64,000 bases of DNA, from the NCBI GenBank assembly GCA_963727505.1, contig CAVSGP010000009.1, positions 352,001 to 416,000 on the forward strand, given 5' to 3'. Within the stretch, counting starts at the first letter, position 1. Each line of letters starts with the position of its first letter. The DNA is from an uncultured Trueperaceae bacterium (lineage in GTDB: Bacteria; Deinococcota; Deinococci; Deinococcales; Trueperaceae). Positions 28,621-36,715 of the stretch are shown here, in pieces. The position numbers were made by a program, and so were the translations under genes. Under the pieces are notes generated by a model. That model was given only the letters and a program-made list of their open reading frames with translations, was not told the origin of the DNA and ran no database searches.

Positions 28621-29805
28621 GTGCCCAGCATCACGATCGTCTCCAACGGACATGGCGAGGACGTCATCGGAGCCTCGCTGGGGCGGGCGATCCTCGGAAT
28701 CGCTCCCGGCGTGACGGTCCGCGCCTTCCCCCTCGTCGACGAAGGCGGCGCGTATCGCGCCCACGCCATCCCCAGGCTCGGCCCCTGCCGGGCGCTGCCC
28801 AGCGGCGGCCTCACCATGCACTCGACGGAGAGCTTCGTTGCCGACGTCCGGGCCGGCTTCGTCGGCATGACGCTCGGCCAGCTCGCGGAGCTGGCGCGGC
28901 TTCGCAGCGACGTCGTGGTGGTGGTGGGCGACATCTACGCCCAGGCGCTGGCGGCCTTCACGCGCTCGTCGTTCCGGGCCGTGGTACAGCCGCTGGTCTC
29001 CGCCTACCATCGCTCGGGCGCGGGTCGGCCGCCGCCCAACCGCTACTTCATGGAGCGCATCAGCTATCCCGAGCGTGCGCTGATGCGCCACCTCGCCTCG
29101 GTCGTGTACGCCCGCGACGACGCCACCGCCGCCTGGTTGGGAGCGCACGGTGTCCGGCACGCGCTGTCGCTCGGAAACCCGATGGTGGATCTGGCCGCGG
29201 GGCGCCCCTTGGAGGGCGTGCACGGGCGGCACACCGTGGCTCTCCTCCCCGGAACCCGGGTCCACACGCCGATCGCCCTCGCCCGCATGGCGCAGGCGTT
29301 GAAGCGCCTGCCGGACGTGACGGGCCTGGTCGCGTGGCAAGGAGGGGCGGTGCCCCCGCTACCGGGCTGGGAGGAGGAGGCGGGCGCCCCACCTGTGCAG
29401 GGTCGCGTGGCAGCCCTGCGTCACGGTGCCAGCCGCCTGTGGGTGATGGAAGGACGTTTCGGCGACGTGCTCGCCAGCGCGCGCGTCGCGGTCGGCACCG
29501 CCGGTACCGCCAACGAGCAGGCGGCCGCCCGTGGCGTGCCGGTGGTGTCCTTCCCGGTGGAGCCCTCGCATGCTCGGACGTTCCTGGACAACCAGAAGCG
29601 CCTGCTGGGCGATGCGCTCACGCTGAGCGGGGGAGATCCGGCGGACATCGCCGCCGCCGTCCGGGCGCTGCTCGTCGACGAGGCGGCATGGGAGCGTGCC
29701 TCGCAGGCGGGGCAGCAACGCATGGGCGCTCCGGGCGGCAGCCGGGCGATCGCCGGCGACCTTCTGGAGCGAGTCACCCGCACCGTGCCCTCGTTCCGGG
29801 CGTGA
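28621..29805 (+). CDS. Lipid-A-disaccharide-synthase-related GT-B glycosyltransferase
   Basis: VSNGHGEDVIG, LPSGG, VVGD, LGNPMVD, LLPGTR, AGTANEQAAARGVPVV. Confidence 0.78.
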   Translation: MPSITIVSNGHGEDVIGASLGRAILGIAPGVTVRAFPLVDEGGAYRAHAIPRLGPCRALPSGGLTMHSTESFVADVRAGFVGMTLGQLAELARLRSDVVVVVGDIYAQALAAFTRSSFRAVVQPLVSAYHRSGAGRPPPNRYFMERISYPERALMRHLASVVYARDDATAAWLGAHGVRHALSLGNPMVDLAAGRPLEGVHGRHTVALLPGTRVHTPIALARMAQALKRLPDVTGLVAWQGGAVPPLPGWEEEAGAPPVQGRVAALRHGASRLWVMEGRFGDVLASARVAVGTAGTANEQAAARGVPVVSFPVEPSHARTFLDNQKRLLGDALTLSGGDPADIAAAVRALLVDEAAWERASQAGQQRMGAPGGSRAIAGDLLERVTRTVPSFRA

Positions 29806-29843
29806 GCCGTCCAGGGGTCCGGGGGGGCGTCGGTTCGCGGTGC

Positions 29844-30908
29844 TCAGTCGCCGACGGACACGGCCACGCGTTCCGTGCTGTGCCCGGGTACGCGGCCCTC
29901 GCTCAGCAGCTCGCTCAGGCGTGACAGGCAGCGCAGATGCTTCTTGGCATAGGCGCTGTCGCGATAGCTGGGATCGAACAGTTCGCTCAGGGGCGTGGTG
30001 CCGCTGGCCCGCAGGCCGATCCCCAGATCGTAGAGCTTGTCGACGAAGTGCACGAAGCGAAGGGCGTCGTTCTGCGTCGCCAGGGGTCGGACGCCGGCCA
30101 GGTAGAAGGTGCCCACCTGCCGCAGCAATCCGTCGTAGCGCGAAGGGTGGAGGCCTGTGAGGAGCGTCAGCAGGGCGTCGAACTCGGCGAACACCCGGGG
30201 TGGCTCGGCCGGCTCCTCGAGGCATGCCCGTTCGAAGTCGGCGCGAGGCGTGAGGACGCCCAGCCGGCTGCGGTGCCGGTAGTCGGGGCCGTCCATGGTG
30301 ACGGCCTCGAAGCGGTCGGCCAGCGACTGGATCTCGCGCCGGAAGTCCTCGGCGTTGAAGCGCCCCCGCCCCTGCGCTTCGGGCGCGGTGTTGGAGGTGG
30401 TGAGGACGTATCCGCCCGCCTCGGCCAGGGTGTTCAGGAAGGTCTTGACGATCAGGGTGTTGCCGGGGTCGTCGAGCTCGAACTCGTCGATGCACAGAAG
30501 GCGCGCTCCACCGAGGAGCTCACCCGCTCGCTCCATGCCCAGCACTCCGATGAGGTAGACGAGTTCCTGGAAGCTCAGGTAGTGCTTGGCCTCCAGGTCG
30601 GCGTGATAGAAGGCGGCCGCCAGCAGGTGCGTCTTGCCGACGCCGAAGCCGCCGTCGAGGTAGAGCCCGCGGCCGGGAGCCGGGCGGCGGCGTACGGGCC
30701 AGGGGAAGCGCCGGCTCGGAGGGTTCGCCAGCGCGCGCTCGGCCTCCTCGACGAACGCCCGGACGCGCGCCTGCGCCGCGGCCTGGCTGGGGTGCTGCGG
30801 TCGATAGCCCTCGAACGATACGCGTTCGAAGCGTGGGGGAGGCACGAGCCGGTCGGCACGAGCCGCCGGTGGGGCGGCGAGCTCCGAGAGGGAGCGTAGC
30901 TGCGTCAC
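29844..30908 (-). CDS. zapE: AFG1/ZapE family ATPase
   Basis: GLYLDGGFGVGKTHL, CIDEFELDD, TTSNT, GPDYR, ALRFVHFVDKLYD. Confidence 0.9.
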   Translation of the reverse strand: MTQLRSLSELAAPPAARADRLVPPPRFERVSFEGYRPQHPSQAAAQARVRAFVEEAERALANPPSRRFPWPVRRRPAPGRGLYLDGGFGVGKTHLLAAAFYHADLEAKHYLSFQELVYLIGVLGMERAGELLGGARLLCIDEFELDDPGNTLIVKTFLNTLAEAGGYVLTTSNTAPEAQGRGRFNAEDFRREIQSLADRFEAVTMDGPDYRHRSRLGVLTPRADFERACLEEPAEPPRVFAEFDALLTLLTGLHPSRYDGLLRQVGTFYLAGVRPLATQNDALRFVHFVDKLYDLGIGLRASGTTPLSELFDPSYRDSAYAKKHLRCLSRLSELLSEGRVPGHSTERVAVSVGD

Positions 30909-30939
30909 AGCGCGGAGCCTACCACGCCCGTTCGGGCGT

Positions 30940-31006
30940 GCCCGAAGCCGGTGCGCCCGAGTCCGGTGCGCCCGAAGCCGGTGCGCCCGAAGCCGGTGCA
31001 CCCGAG
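30940..31006. repeat. 15-bp tandem repeat, about 4.5 copies
   Basis: GCCCGAAGCCGGTGC / GCCCGAGTCCGGTGC / GCCCGAAGCCGGTGC / GCCCGAAGCCGGTGC / ACCCGAG. Confidence 0.9.
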
Positions 31007-31031
31007 GCGGGCGAGGCACGGCGCGAACGGT

Positions 31032-31060
31032 TTGACACCCCGGGAGGGGCGTCGTACGCT
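31032..31060 (+). promoter_or_regulatory. Sigma70-type promoter of the cobalamin transporter operon
   Basis: TTGACA-17 nt-TACGCT. Confidence 0.8.
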
Positions 31061-31063
31061 TTG

Positions 31064-31160
31064 AGCATCGGTTCACGGGGAAGTCCGGTGCGATCCCGGC
31101 GCTGTCCCGCAACGGTAAAGAGCCGCCCGGCGGCCGAAGCCCGAGTACCGCGATCCGACG
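31064..31160 (+). ncRNA. Cobalamin riboswitch
   Basis: GGGAAGTCCGGTGCGATCCCGGCGCTGTCCCGCAACGGTAA...AGCCCGAGTACC (B12-box like); upstream of btuF-like gene; boundaries approximate. Confidence 0.88.
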
Positions 31161-31222
31161 AAGCACCCCCTTGCGAGGACGAGGAAGGGCTGCCCAGAAG
31201 CCACCCGTGCGGCTTTCCGGCG

Positions 31223-31251
31223 TCCATCCCCTCCGGGATGGATCTCTTTTT
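31223..31251 (+). terminator. Intrinsic terminator, riboswitch expression platform
   Basis: TCCATCCC-CTCC-GGGATGGA followed by TCTCTTTTT, ahead of the btuF SD. Confidence 0.75.
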
Positions 31252-31280
31252 CTCCAATCGCAGGAGCTGAGGAGGCGTTT

Positions 31281-32162
31281 GTGGTTCAGCGCGCGGCTTT
31301 CCTCGTGGTCCTGCTCGTGGCGCTCCAGATGGCGCTGGCGACGACCTACCCTCTCACCGTTCACGACGAGCTCGGGGCGGAACTGACGCTGCCGGGCCCG
31401 CCGCAGCGCATCGTGTCGATGATCCCCAGCGACACCGAGACCGTATGCGCGCTGGGCGCGTGCGATCGCCTGGTCGGGATCGACGCCCTCAGCAACTGGC
31501 CCGCTCGGGTCGCGTCGCTGCCCCGGCTCGGCAATGCCAACGACCCCAACATGGAACGGCTGGTGGCCCTGAAGCCCGATCTCGTCCTCACCGACGAGTA
31601 CAGCGGCCTCGCCGATCGCGTGCGCAAATTGGGCATCCCGGTGTACGCCGGTACGCCGCAGACCTACCCGCAGGCCCTCGACTTCCTGGACGCCATGGGC
31701 CGACTGCTCGACCGCCAGACGGCGGCCGGCGTCCTGCGCGGCCGGATCGAAGGCCAGGTGGCGGCGGCGGCGTCGAGGGTCGCCGGCCTGCCGCGGGTGA
31801 GTGTGTTCGTCGAGCTCGACAGCACCCCCTACAGTGTGGGACCGACGTCCTACCTCGGAACGCTGCTCGCCAAGGCTGGTGGCCAAACCATCGTGCGCGC
31901 GTCGATGGGAGAGTACCCCCAGGTCGATCCCGAGTACGTGGTACAGCAAGACCCCCAGGTGGTGCTGCTGATGGACGCACCGTACGGCCAGACCCTCGCT
32001 GCCGCGGAGGCACGGCCGGGCTGGGCGGGGCTCCGCGCAGTGAAGGACGGCCGCGTGGTGGCGCTCGATCACCAACAGGTCGACCTGCTCAGCCGCGCCG
32101 GGCCGCGCATGGGCGACGCCGTGTTGTTGCTGGCCAGGCTCCTTCATCCGGATCGATTCTGA
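31281..32162 (+). CDS. btuF: Cobalamin ABC transporter substrate-binding protein
   Basis: Signal peptide, YPLTVHDELG, PQRIVS..PS.TE, ERLVALKPDLV, RAGPR; riboswitch upstream. Confidence 0.85.
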   Translation: MVQRAAFLVVLLVALQMALATTYPLTVHDELGAELTLPGPPQRIVSMIPSDTETVCALGACDRLVGIDALSNWPARVASLPRLGNANDPNMERLVALKPDLVLTDEYSGLADRVRKLGIPVYAGTPQTYPQALDFLDAMGRLLDRQTAAGVLRGRIEGQVAAAASRVAGLPRVSVFVELDSTPYSVGPTSYLGTLLAKAGGQTIVRASMGEYPQVDPEYVVQQDPQVVLLMDAPYGQTLAAAEARPGWAGLRAVKDGRVVALDHQQVDLLSRAGPRMGDAVLLLARLLHPDRF

Positions 32163-32165
32163 GCC

Positions 32166-33203
32166 GTGGCGCGCGTCCTGCACCGTACGGCAGCGCCCCC
32201 GGGCAGGGGCGTGGCGCCCGTGGTGGTCTCGCTGCTCGCGCTGGGCGTCGTGCTGGTCGCGGCGGCGTCGATCGGCAGCGTGAAGGTCGAGCCGGGAGCC
32301 CTGCTGTCGGCGGTGGCGGACGGCGTGCGGGGCCAGTTGCACGGCCCGCTCGACACCATCGTGTGGCAGCTCCGCTTGCCTCGCGTGATGCTGGCGGCGC
32401 TGGTGGGGGCGGCGCTTGCGCTGGCCGGCGCCGCTTTCCAGGGCGTGTTCCGGAACCCGCTGGCCGACCCCTACCTGCTGGGGGCCGCCAGCGGAGCGGG
32501 ATTCGGTGCCAGCGCCGTTCTCGTGCTGGCGGGCAGCGTGCCCTGGCTCACCTGGCTGGGCGTGCCGGGTGCGGCGTTCGTGTGCGCGCTGGCGACCGTG
32601 GCCGTGGTCATGCTGCTGGCTCGGCGCGACGGCGGTCTCCCGGTCGTGTCGCTCATCCTGGCAGGCGTGGTCCTGGGCTCGAGCCTGAGCGCCGCCACCT
32701 CCTTCCTGATGCTGGCCGCGCGCGACCGCGCCGCCGGGATCCTGAGCTGGCTCCTGGGCAGCTTCGCCTTCGCCAGCTGGGAGCGCGTCCTCACCGTCGT
32801 CCCGCTCCTCGTGCCGGCCGCCGCGCTGCTCCTGCTGGCTGGCCGCGCTCTGGACGTGATGCAGCTCGGCGAGGAGTCGGCGGCTCAGCTCGGGGTGCCG
32901 GTCGAACGGGTGCGGCTGCTCCTGCTGGCCGCCGCGACGCTGGCGACCGCCGCCGCGGTCGCGGTGGCCGGCGTGATCGGCTTCGTGGGTCTGGTGGTGC
33001 CGCACGCCGTGCGGCTTGCGTTCGGGCCCCGGCACGTTCGGTTGCTGCCCCTGTCGGCCGTGTGGGGAGCGGCCTTCCTGGTCCTCGCCGATCTGTGCGC
33101 ACGGACCGTGCTGGCGCCCGCCGAGCTCCCCGTCGGCATCGTCACGGCCCTGGTGGGCGGCCCCTTCTTCCTGTTCCTGCTCAGGAAGCAACGCACCCCG
33201 TGA
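32166..33203 (+). CDS. btuC: FecCD/BtuC family ABC permease
   Basis: LRLPR, FRNPLADPYLLG, GVIGFVGLVVPH, ELPVGIVTALVGGPFF. Confidence 0.88.
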   Translation: MARVLHRTAAPPGRGVAPVVVSLLALGVVLVAAASIGSVKVEPGALLSAVADGVRGQLHGPLDTIVWQLRLPRVMLAALVGAALALAGAAFQGVFRNPLADPYLLGAASGAGFGASAVLVLAGSVPWLTWLGVPGAAFVCALATVAVVMLLARRDGGLPVVSLILAGVVLGSSLSAATSFLMLAARDRAAGILSWLLGSFAFASWERVLTVVPLLVPAAALLLLAGRALDVMQLGEESAAQLGVPVERVRLLLLAAATLATAAAVAVAGVIGFVGLVVPHAVRLAFGPRHVRLLPLSAVWGAAFLVLADLCARTVLAPAELPVGIVTALVGGPFFLFLLRKQRTP

Positions 33204-33210
33204 GGCGGCC

Positions 33211-34002
33211 GTGAGTATCGAGGTGCGCGAGGTCTACGCCGGGTACGGGGGGCGCGACGTGCTCTCGGCCTGCGACGTGCGGCTCGAGCCCGGCGAGGTG
33301 CTCGGCGTGATCGGGCCGAACGGAGCCGGCAAGTCGACGCTGGTGCGGGTGTTGACGCGTCGGCTGGTGCCGCGCGCCGGTCGCGTGTCGGTCGACGGAC
33401 GCCCGCTCGCGCGGTACGGGCGGCTCGACCTGGCCCGTGCCCTGGCCGTGGTCCCGCAGGTGCCGGAGCTGCCCGCTGGTTACACCGTGCGCGACCTGGT
33501 CGCGATGGGGCGCACGCCCCACCTGGGGCTCCTTCGTGCGGAACGCGAGGAGGACCGGCGGGCGGTCGAGCGGGCCCTGCGGGCTACCGACACCGCCGCC
33601 CTGGCACGTCGCGACGCCACCCGGCTCTCCGGCGGCGAGCGGCAGCGCGTCGTCCTGGCCCGGGCGATCGCTCAAGAGCCGCGCTACCTGCTGCTGGACG
33701 AACCGACCAACCATCTCGACCTGCGCTACCAGGTCGAGATGCTCGCCTACACCAGGCGCGAGGTCGAACGGGGTGTCGGCGCCCTGGTCGTGCTCCACGA
33801 TCTCAACCTGGCGGCCCGTTTCTGCGACCGGCTGGCGGTGCTTCAGGGCGGCCTCGTGGTGGCCCAGGGCGCACCCGAACAGGTTCTCACCGAAGCGCTC
33901 GTGTCCCGCGTCTATGAGACGGAAGTGGACGTGCATGTGGTCGATTCCCGGCCGATGATCCTCCCGCGGCTTCCGAGGCGCCCGGGCTCGCTCGAGTCGT
34001 GA
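33211..34002 (+). CDS. btuD: ABC transporter ATP-binding protein (BtuD/FecE type)
   Basis: GPNGAGKST, LSGGERQR, LLLDEPTNHLD, LHDLNLA. Confidence 0.88.
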   Translation: MSIEVREVYAGYGGRDVLSACDVRLEPGEVLGVIGPNGAGKSTLVRVLTRRLVPRAGRVSVDGRPLARYGRLDLARALAVVPQVPELPAGYTVRDLVAMGRTPHLGLLRAEREEDRRAVERALRATDTAALARRDATRLSGGERQRVVLARAIAQEPRYLLLDEPTNHLDLRYQVEMLAYTRREVERGVGALVVLHDLNLAARFCDRLAVLQGGLVVAQGAPEQVLTEALVSRVYETEVDVHVVDSRPMILPRLPRRPGSLES

Positions 34003-34024
34003 GCGGCGCCGCCTCCGCGCCGGA

Positions 34025-35170
34025 TCAGGCGGCGCTGGGCGGGTCGAAGCGCTCCCGGACCCGGACGGCGAGACGGTAGAAGTCCACCAGGCCCTCGGTG
34101 GCCGAGCGCCAGTCGAAACGCTCCATCTCTCGCCGCGCGGCGGCGCCGAGGCGCTTGCGGAGCGCGGCGTCGGTCAGCAAGGTGCTGAGCTTCTCGGTGA
34201 GGTCGCCGAGGTCGCCGGGGGTGAACATGAGGCCGGTTTCGCCGTCGCGGATCACGTCCGGGATGCCGCCGGCGCGGGCCCCCACGGCCGGGACTCCGGA
34301 CGCCATCGCCTCCATCGCTACGAAGCCGAGCGTTTCGGTATCCGAAGGGAACGCGAACACGTCGGCGGAAGCGTACGCCGCCGCCAGCTCCGAGCCGGAC
34401 ATGTAGCCGGTGAAGACGGTGCGCGTGTCCTTGAAGCGCTCTCGCAGCACGGATTCGGCCGGGCCCGATCCCACCAGCGCCAGCCGCACGTCGGGGAGCT
34501 GGGTGACGGGGGCGTACAGCCAGTCGAGTCGCTTCTCGAACGACAGGCGGCCGACGTACACCATCAGCGGCGCGTCGGGGTGTCCACCGGTGAGGCGAAC
34601 GCGCATGGCGTGCGAGCGCTTGTCCGGGTGGTACAGATCGGTGTCTACCGCCTTAGGCCACAGCCGCACGCGACGGATGCCCAGGCCCCGCGCCGAGTTG
34701 ACCATCGGCACGCTCGTACAGAGGTTGACGTGGGCCTGGTTGTGGACGTCGCGCAGGAAGATGCGCGACGGTTCGGACAGGAAGCGGAGACGCAGGGCTT
34801 CGGCGTACTGGGTGACGTCGGTGTGGTAGCTGGCGAGCAGCGGCAGGTTGCGTTGCTTGGCGATGGCGGTGCCCCACAGGCCGAGCACCACCGGGTTGAT
34901 GACGTGGACGATGTCCGGTTGGAAGCGATCGAGCTCCCGGCCCAGCCGCGGTCGGGGGAGGCCCAGGAAGAGCTCCGGGTACCAGGGTTTGAAGGGGACG
35001 CCGGGCACGCGCACGACCCGGTGGCCGGCGTACGCCTCCGGAGGGTTGTGGGGGGCGAAGATCAGCGCCTCGTGCCCCAACTGCCCGAGCTGCTCGAGGG
35101 TGCGTACGAGGCGGGTGACCACCCCGTCGATCTTGGGCAGGAAGGTTTCCGTGAAGAAGGCGATGCGCAT
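34025..35170 (-). CDS. sqdX: GT4 glycosyltransferase, probable sulfoquinovosyltransferase
   Basis: FTETFLPKIDGVV, LASYHT, YVGRLSFEK, FPSDTETLG..MEAMASG; adjacent to sqdB. Confidence 0.85.
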   Translation of the reverse strand: MRIAFFTETFLPKIDGVVTRLVRTLEQLGQLGHEALIFAPHNPPEAYAGHRVVRVPGVPFKPWYPELFLGLPRPRLGRELDRFQPDIVHVINPVVLGLWGTAIAKQRNLPLLASYHTDVTQYAEALRLRFLSEPSRIFLRDVHNQAHVNLCTSVPMVNSARGLGIRRVRLWPKAVDTDLYHPDKRSHAMRVRLTGGHPDAPLMVYVGRLSFEKRLDWLYAPVTQLPDVRLALVGSGPAESVLRERFKDTRTVFTGYMSGSELAAAYASADVFAFPSDTETLGFVAMEAMASGVPAVGARAGGIPDVIRDGETGLMFTPGDLGDLTEKLSTLLTDAALRKRLGAAARREMERFDWRSATEGLVDFYRLAVRVRERFDPPSAA

Positions 35171-35227
35171 GGTGGGTGAAGCGGGCGCGCCGCGGCGTCC
35201 GGTGGCCGGGTCCGGTTTGCCGGGGCG

Positions 35228-36442
35228 TTATGCCTCTTCCGGAGTCTTTCTGTTGGTGTGGGGTGTTCCGGCTTGTTGTTGGCGGGTCCAGGTGCTGGTG
35301 CAGGGGATCTTGTCGAGGTTGGCGCGCTGCCGGTATTTCTTGGCGATGGTGGTGACTTCTTCGAGGAGGCCTTGTTCGAGGGTGGTGGGCTTCAGGCCGA
35401 GGTCGAGGAAGAGGTCGTTCTTGACGTGGAGTTCGTTCTCGGGGTCTTCCTTGCGGGGGTTGGGGACGTTCTCGATGGTGGCGCCGGTCTGTTTTGCGAC
35501 GAGTTGGGCGAGGTCGCGGACGCGGTGGGTTTCGGTCATCTGGTTGAGGATCTTGACGCGTTCGCCTTTGTCGGGGGGGTTCTCGAGCGCGAGTTGGAGG
35601 CACCTTACGGTGTCGCGGATGTGGATGAAGGCGCGGGTCTGTCCGCCGGTGCCGTGGACGGTGAGGGGGTAGTCGACGGCGGCTTGCATGAGGAAGCGGT
35701 TGAGGACGGTGCCGTAGTCGCCGTCGTAGTCGAAGCGGTTGATGAGGCGTTCGTCTTGGAGGGTGTCGGGGGTGTTGGTGCCCCAGACGATGCCCTGGTG
35801 GAGGTCGGTGATGCGCAGGCCGTCGTTCTTGGCGTAGTAGGCGAAGAAGAGTTGGTCCTGGGTCTTGGTGAGGTGGTAGATGCTGCCGGGGTTGGGGGGG
35901 TAGAGGATTTCTTGTTGGACTTTGGTGCCTTCGTCGGTGGTGACTTCGATGGGGAGGTAGCCTTCGGGGATCTTCATGCCGGCGGTGCCGTAGCCGTAGA
36001 CGCCCATGGTGCCGAGGTGGATGAGGTGGGTGTCGGTGTTGGCTTCGACGATGGCGGCGAGGGTGTTGTGGGTGGCGTTGAGGTTGTTGTTGACGGTGTA
36101 GCGCTTGTGGGCGCTGCTTTTCATGCTGTAGGGGGCGGCGCGTTGTTCGGCGAAGTGGATGATGGTGTCGGGCTGCTCGTCCTGGATGAGGGTGAGGAGC
36201 CGGTGGTAGTTGTCGGCGACGTCGAGGCGTTCGTAGTGGATGTCGCGGCCGCTGACTTGTTTCCAGGCCTTGAGGCGCTCTCCCATGGGTTGGATGGGGG
36301 TGAGGCTGCCGGCTTCGAGTTCGTTGTCGATGTTGCGGCGGCTGAGGTTGTCGATGATGGTGATGTCGTGGCCGAGCTTGCTGAGGTGGAGGCTGGTGGG
36401 CCAGCCGCAGAAGCCGTCACCGCCGAGAACGAAAACCTTCAT
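35228..36442 (-). CDS. sqdB: UDP-sulfoquinovose synthase
   Basis: GGDGFCGWP, HFAEQRAAPYSM, HLGTMGVYG, GSIYHLTK, TDLHQGIVWG, RFDYDGDYGTVLNRF. Confidence 0.95.
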   Translation of the reverse strand: MKVFVLGGDGFCGWPTSLHLSKLGHDITIIDNLSRRNIDNELEAGSLTPIQPMGERLKAWKQVSGRDIHYERLDVADNYHRLLTLIQDEQPDTIIHFAEQRAAPYSMKSSAHKRYTVNNNLNATHNTLAAIVEANTDTHLIHLGTMGVYGYGTAGMKIPEGYLPIEVTTDEGTKVQQEILYPPNPGSIYHLTKTQDQLFFAYYAKNDGLRITDLHQGIVWGTNTPDTLQDERLINRFDYDGDYGTVLNRFLMQAAVDYPLTVHGTGGQTRAFIHIRDTVRCLQLALENPPDKGERVKILNQMTETHRVRDLAQLVAKQTGATIENVPNPRKEDPENELHVKNDLFLDLGLKPTTLEQGLLEEVTTIAKKYRQRANLDKIPCTSTWTRQQQAGTPHTNRKTPEEA

Positions 36443-36715
36443 GGGGTACCTCCGGGCGTCGGGACGGACGCTCGGCCGCTATCGGCCTGTGGGTCGCCCC
36501 GGCGAAGCGTCGAGTCGGTTCCGGGGCCACACATCGCCCTGGTCCGCGGTTCGTGCGGAACCCCGCGAGAGCAGGCCGTGGATGGTGCCCTAGGGCCCCC
36601 GGGGGTGACGCCTGCGAGTCCCTGGGAGTGTACCACCGGGCTCCCCCCGCCCGGGTCCGGTCGAGCGTGGCCGCGGCGGGTGCCGTATGCGCCCGGGCGC
36701 GGTACGCTTCCAGAC

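Noticed and set aside
30940..31006. Possible CRISPR array
   Set aside because: The units are 15 bp, head-to-tail with no spacers, and there are no cas genes.
29844..33191. 1115-aa ORF suggesting a giant ZapE fusion (likewise the 1249-aa helicase and 952-aa kinase ORFs)
   Set aside because: The N-terminal extensions are antisense to btuFC, sqdB and the FMN-binding gene. The real starts are supported by -10 boxes or gene overlap at 30908, 36716 and 22938.
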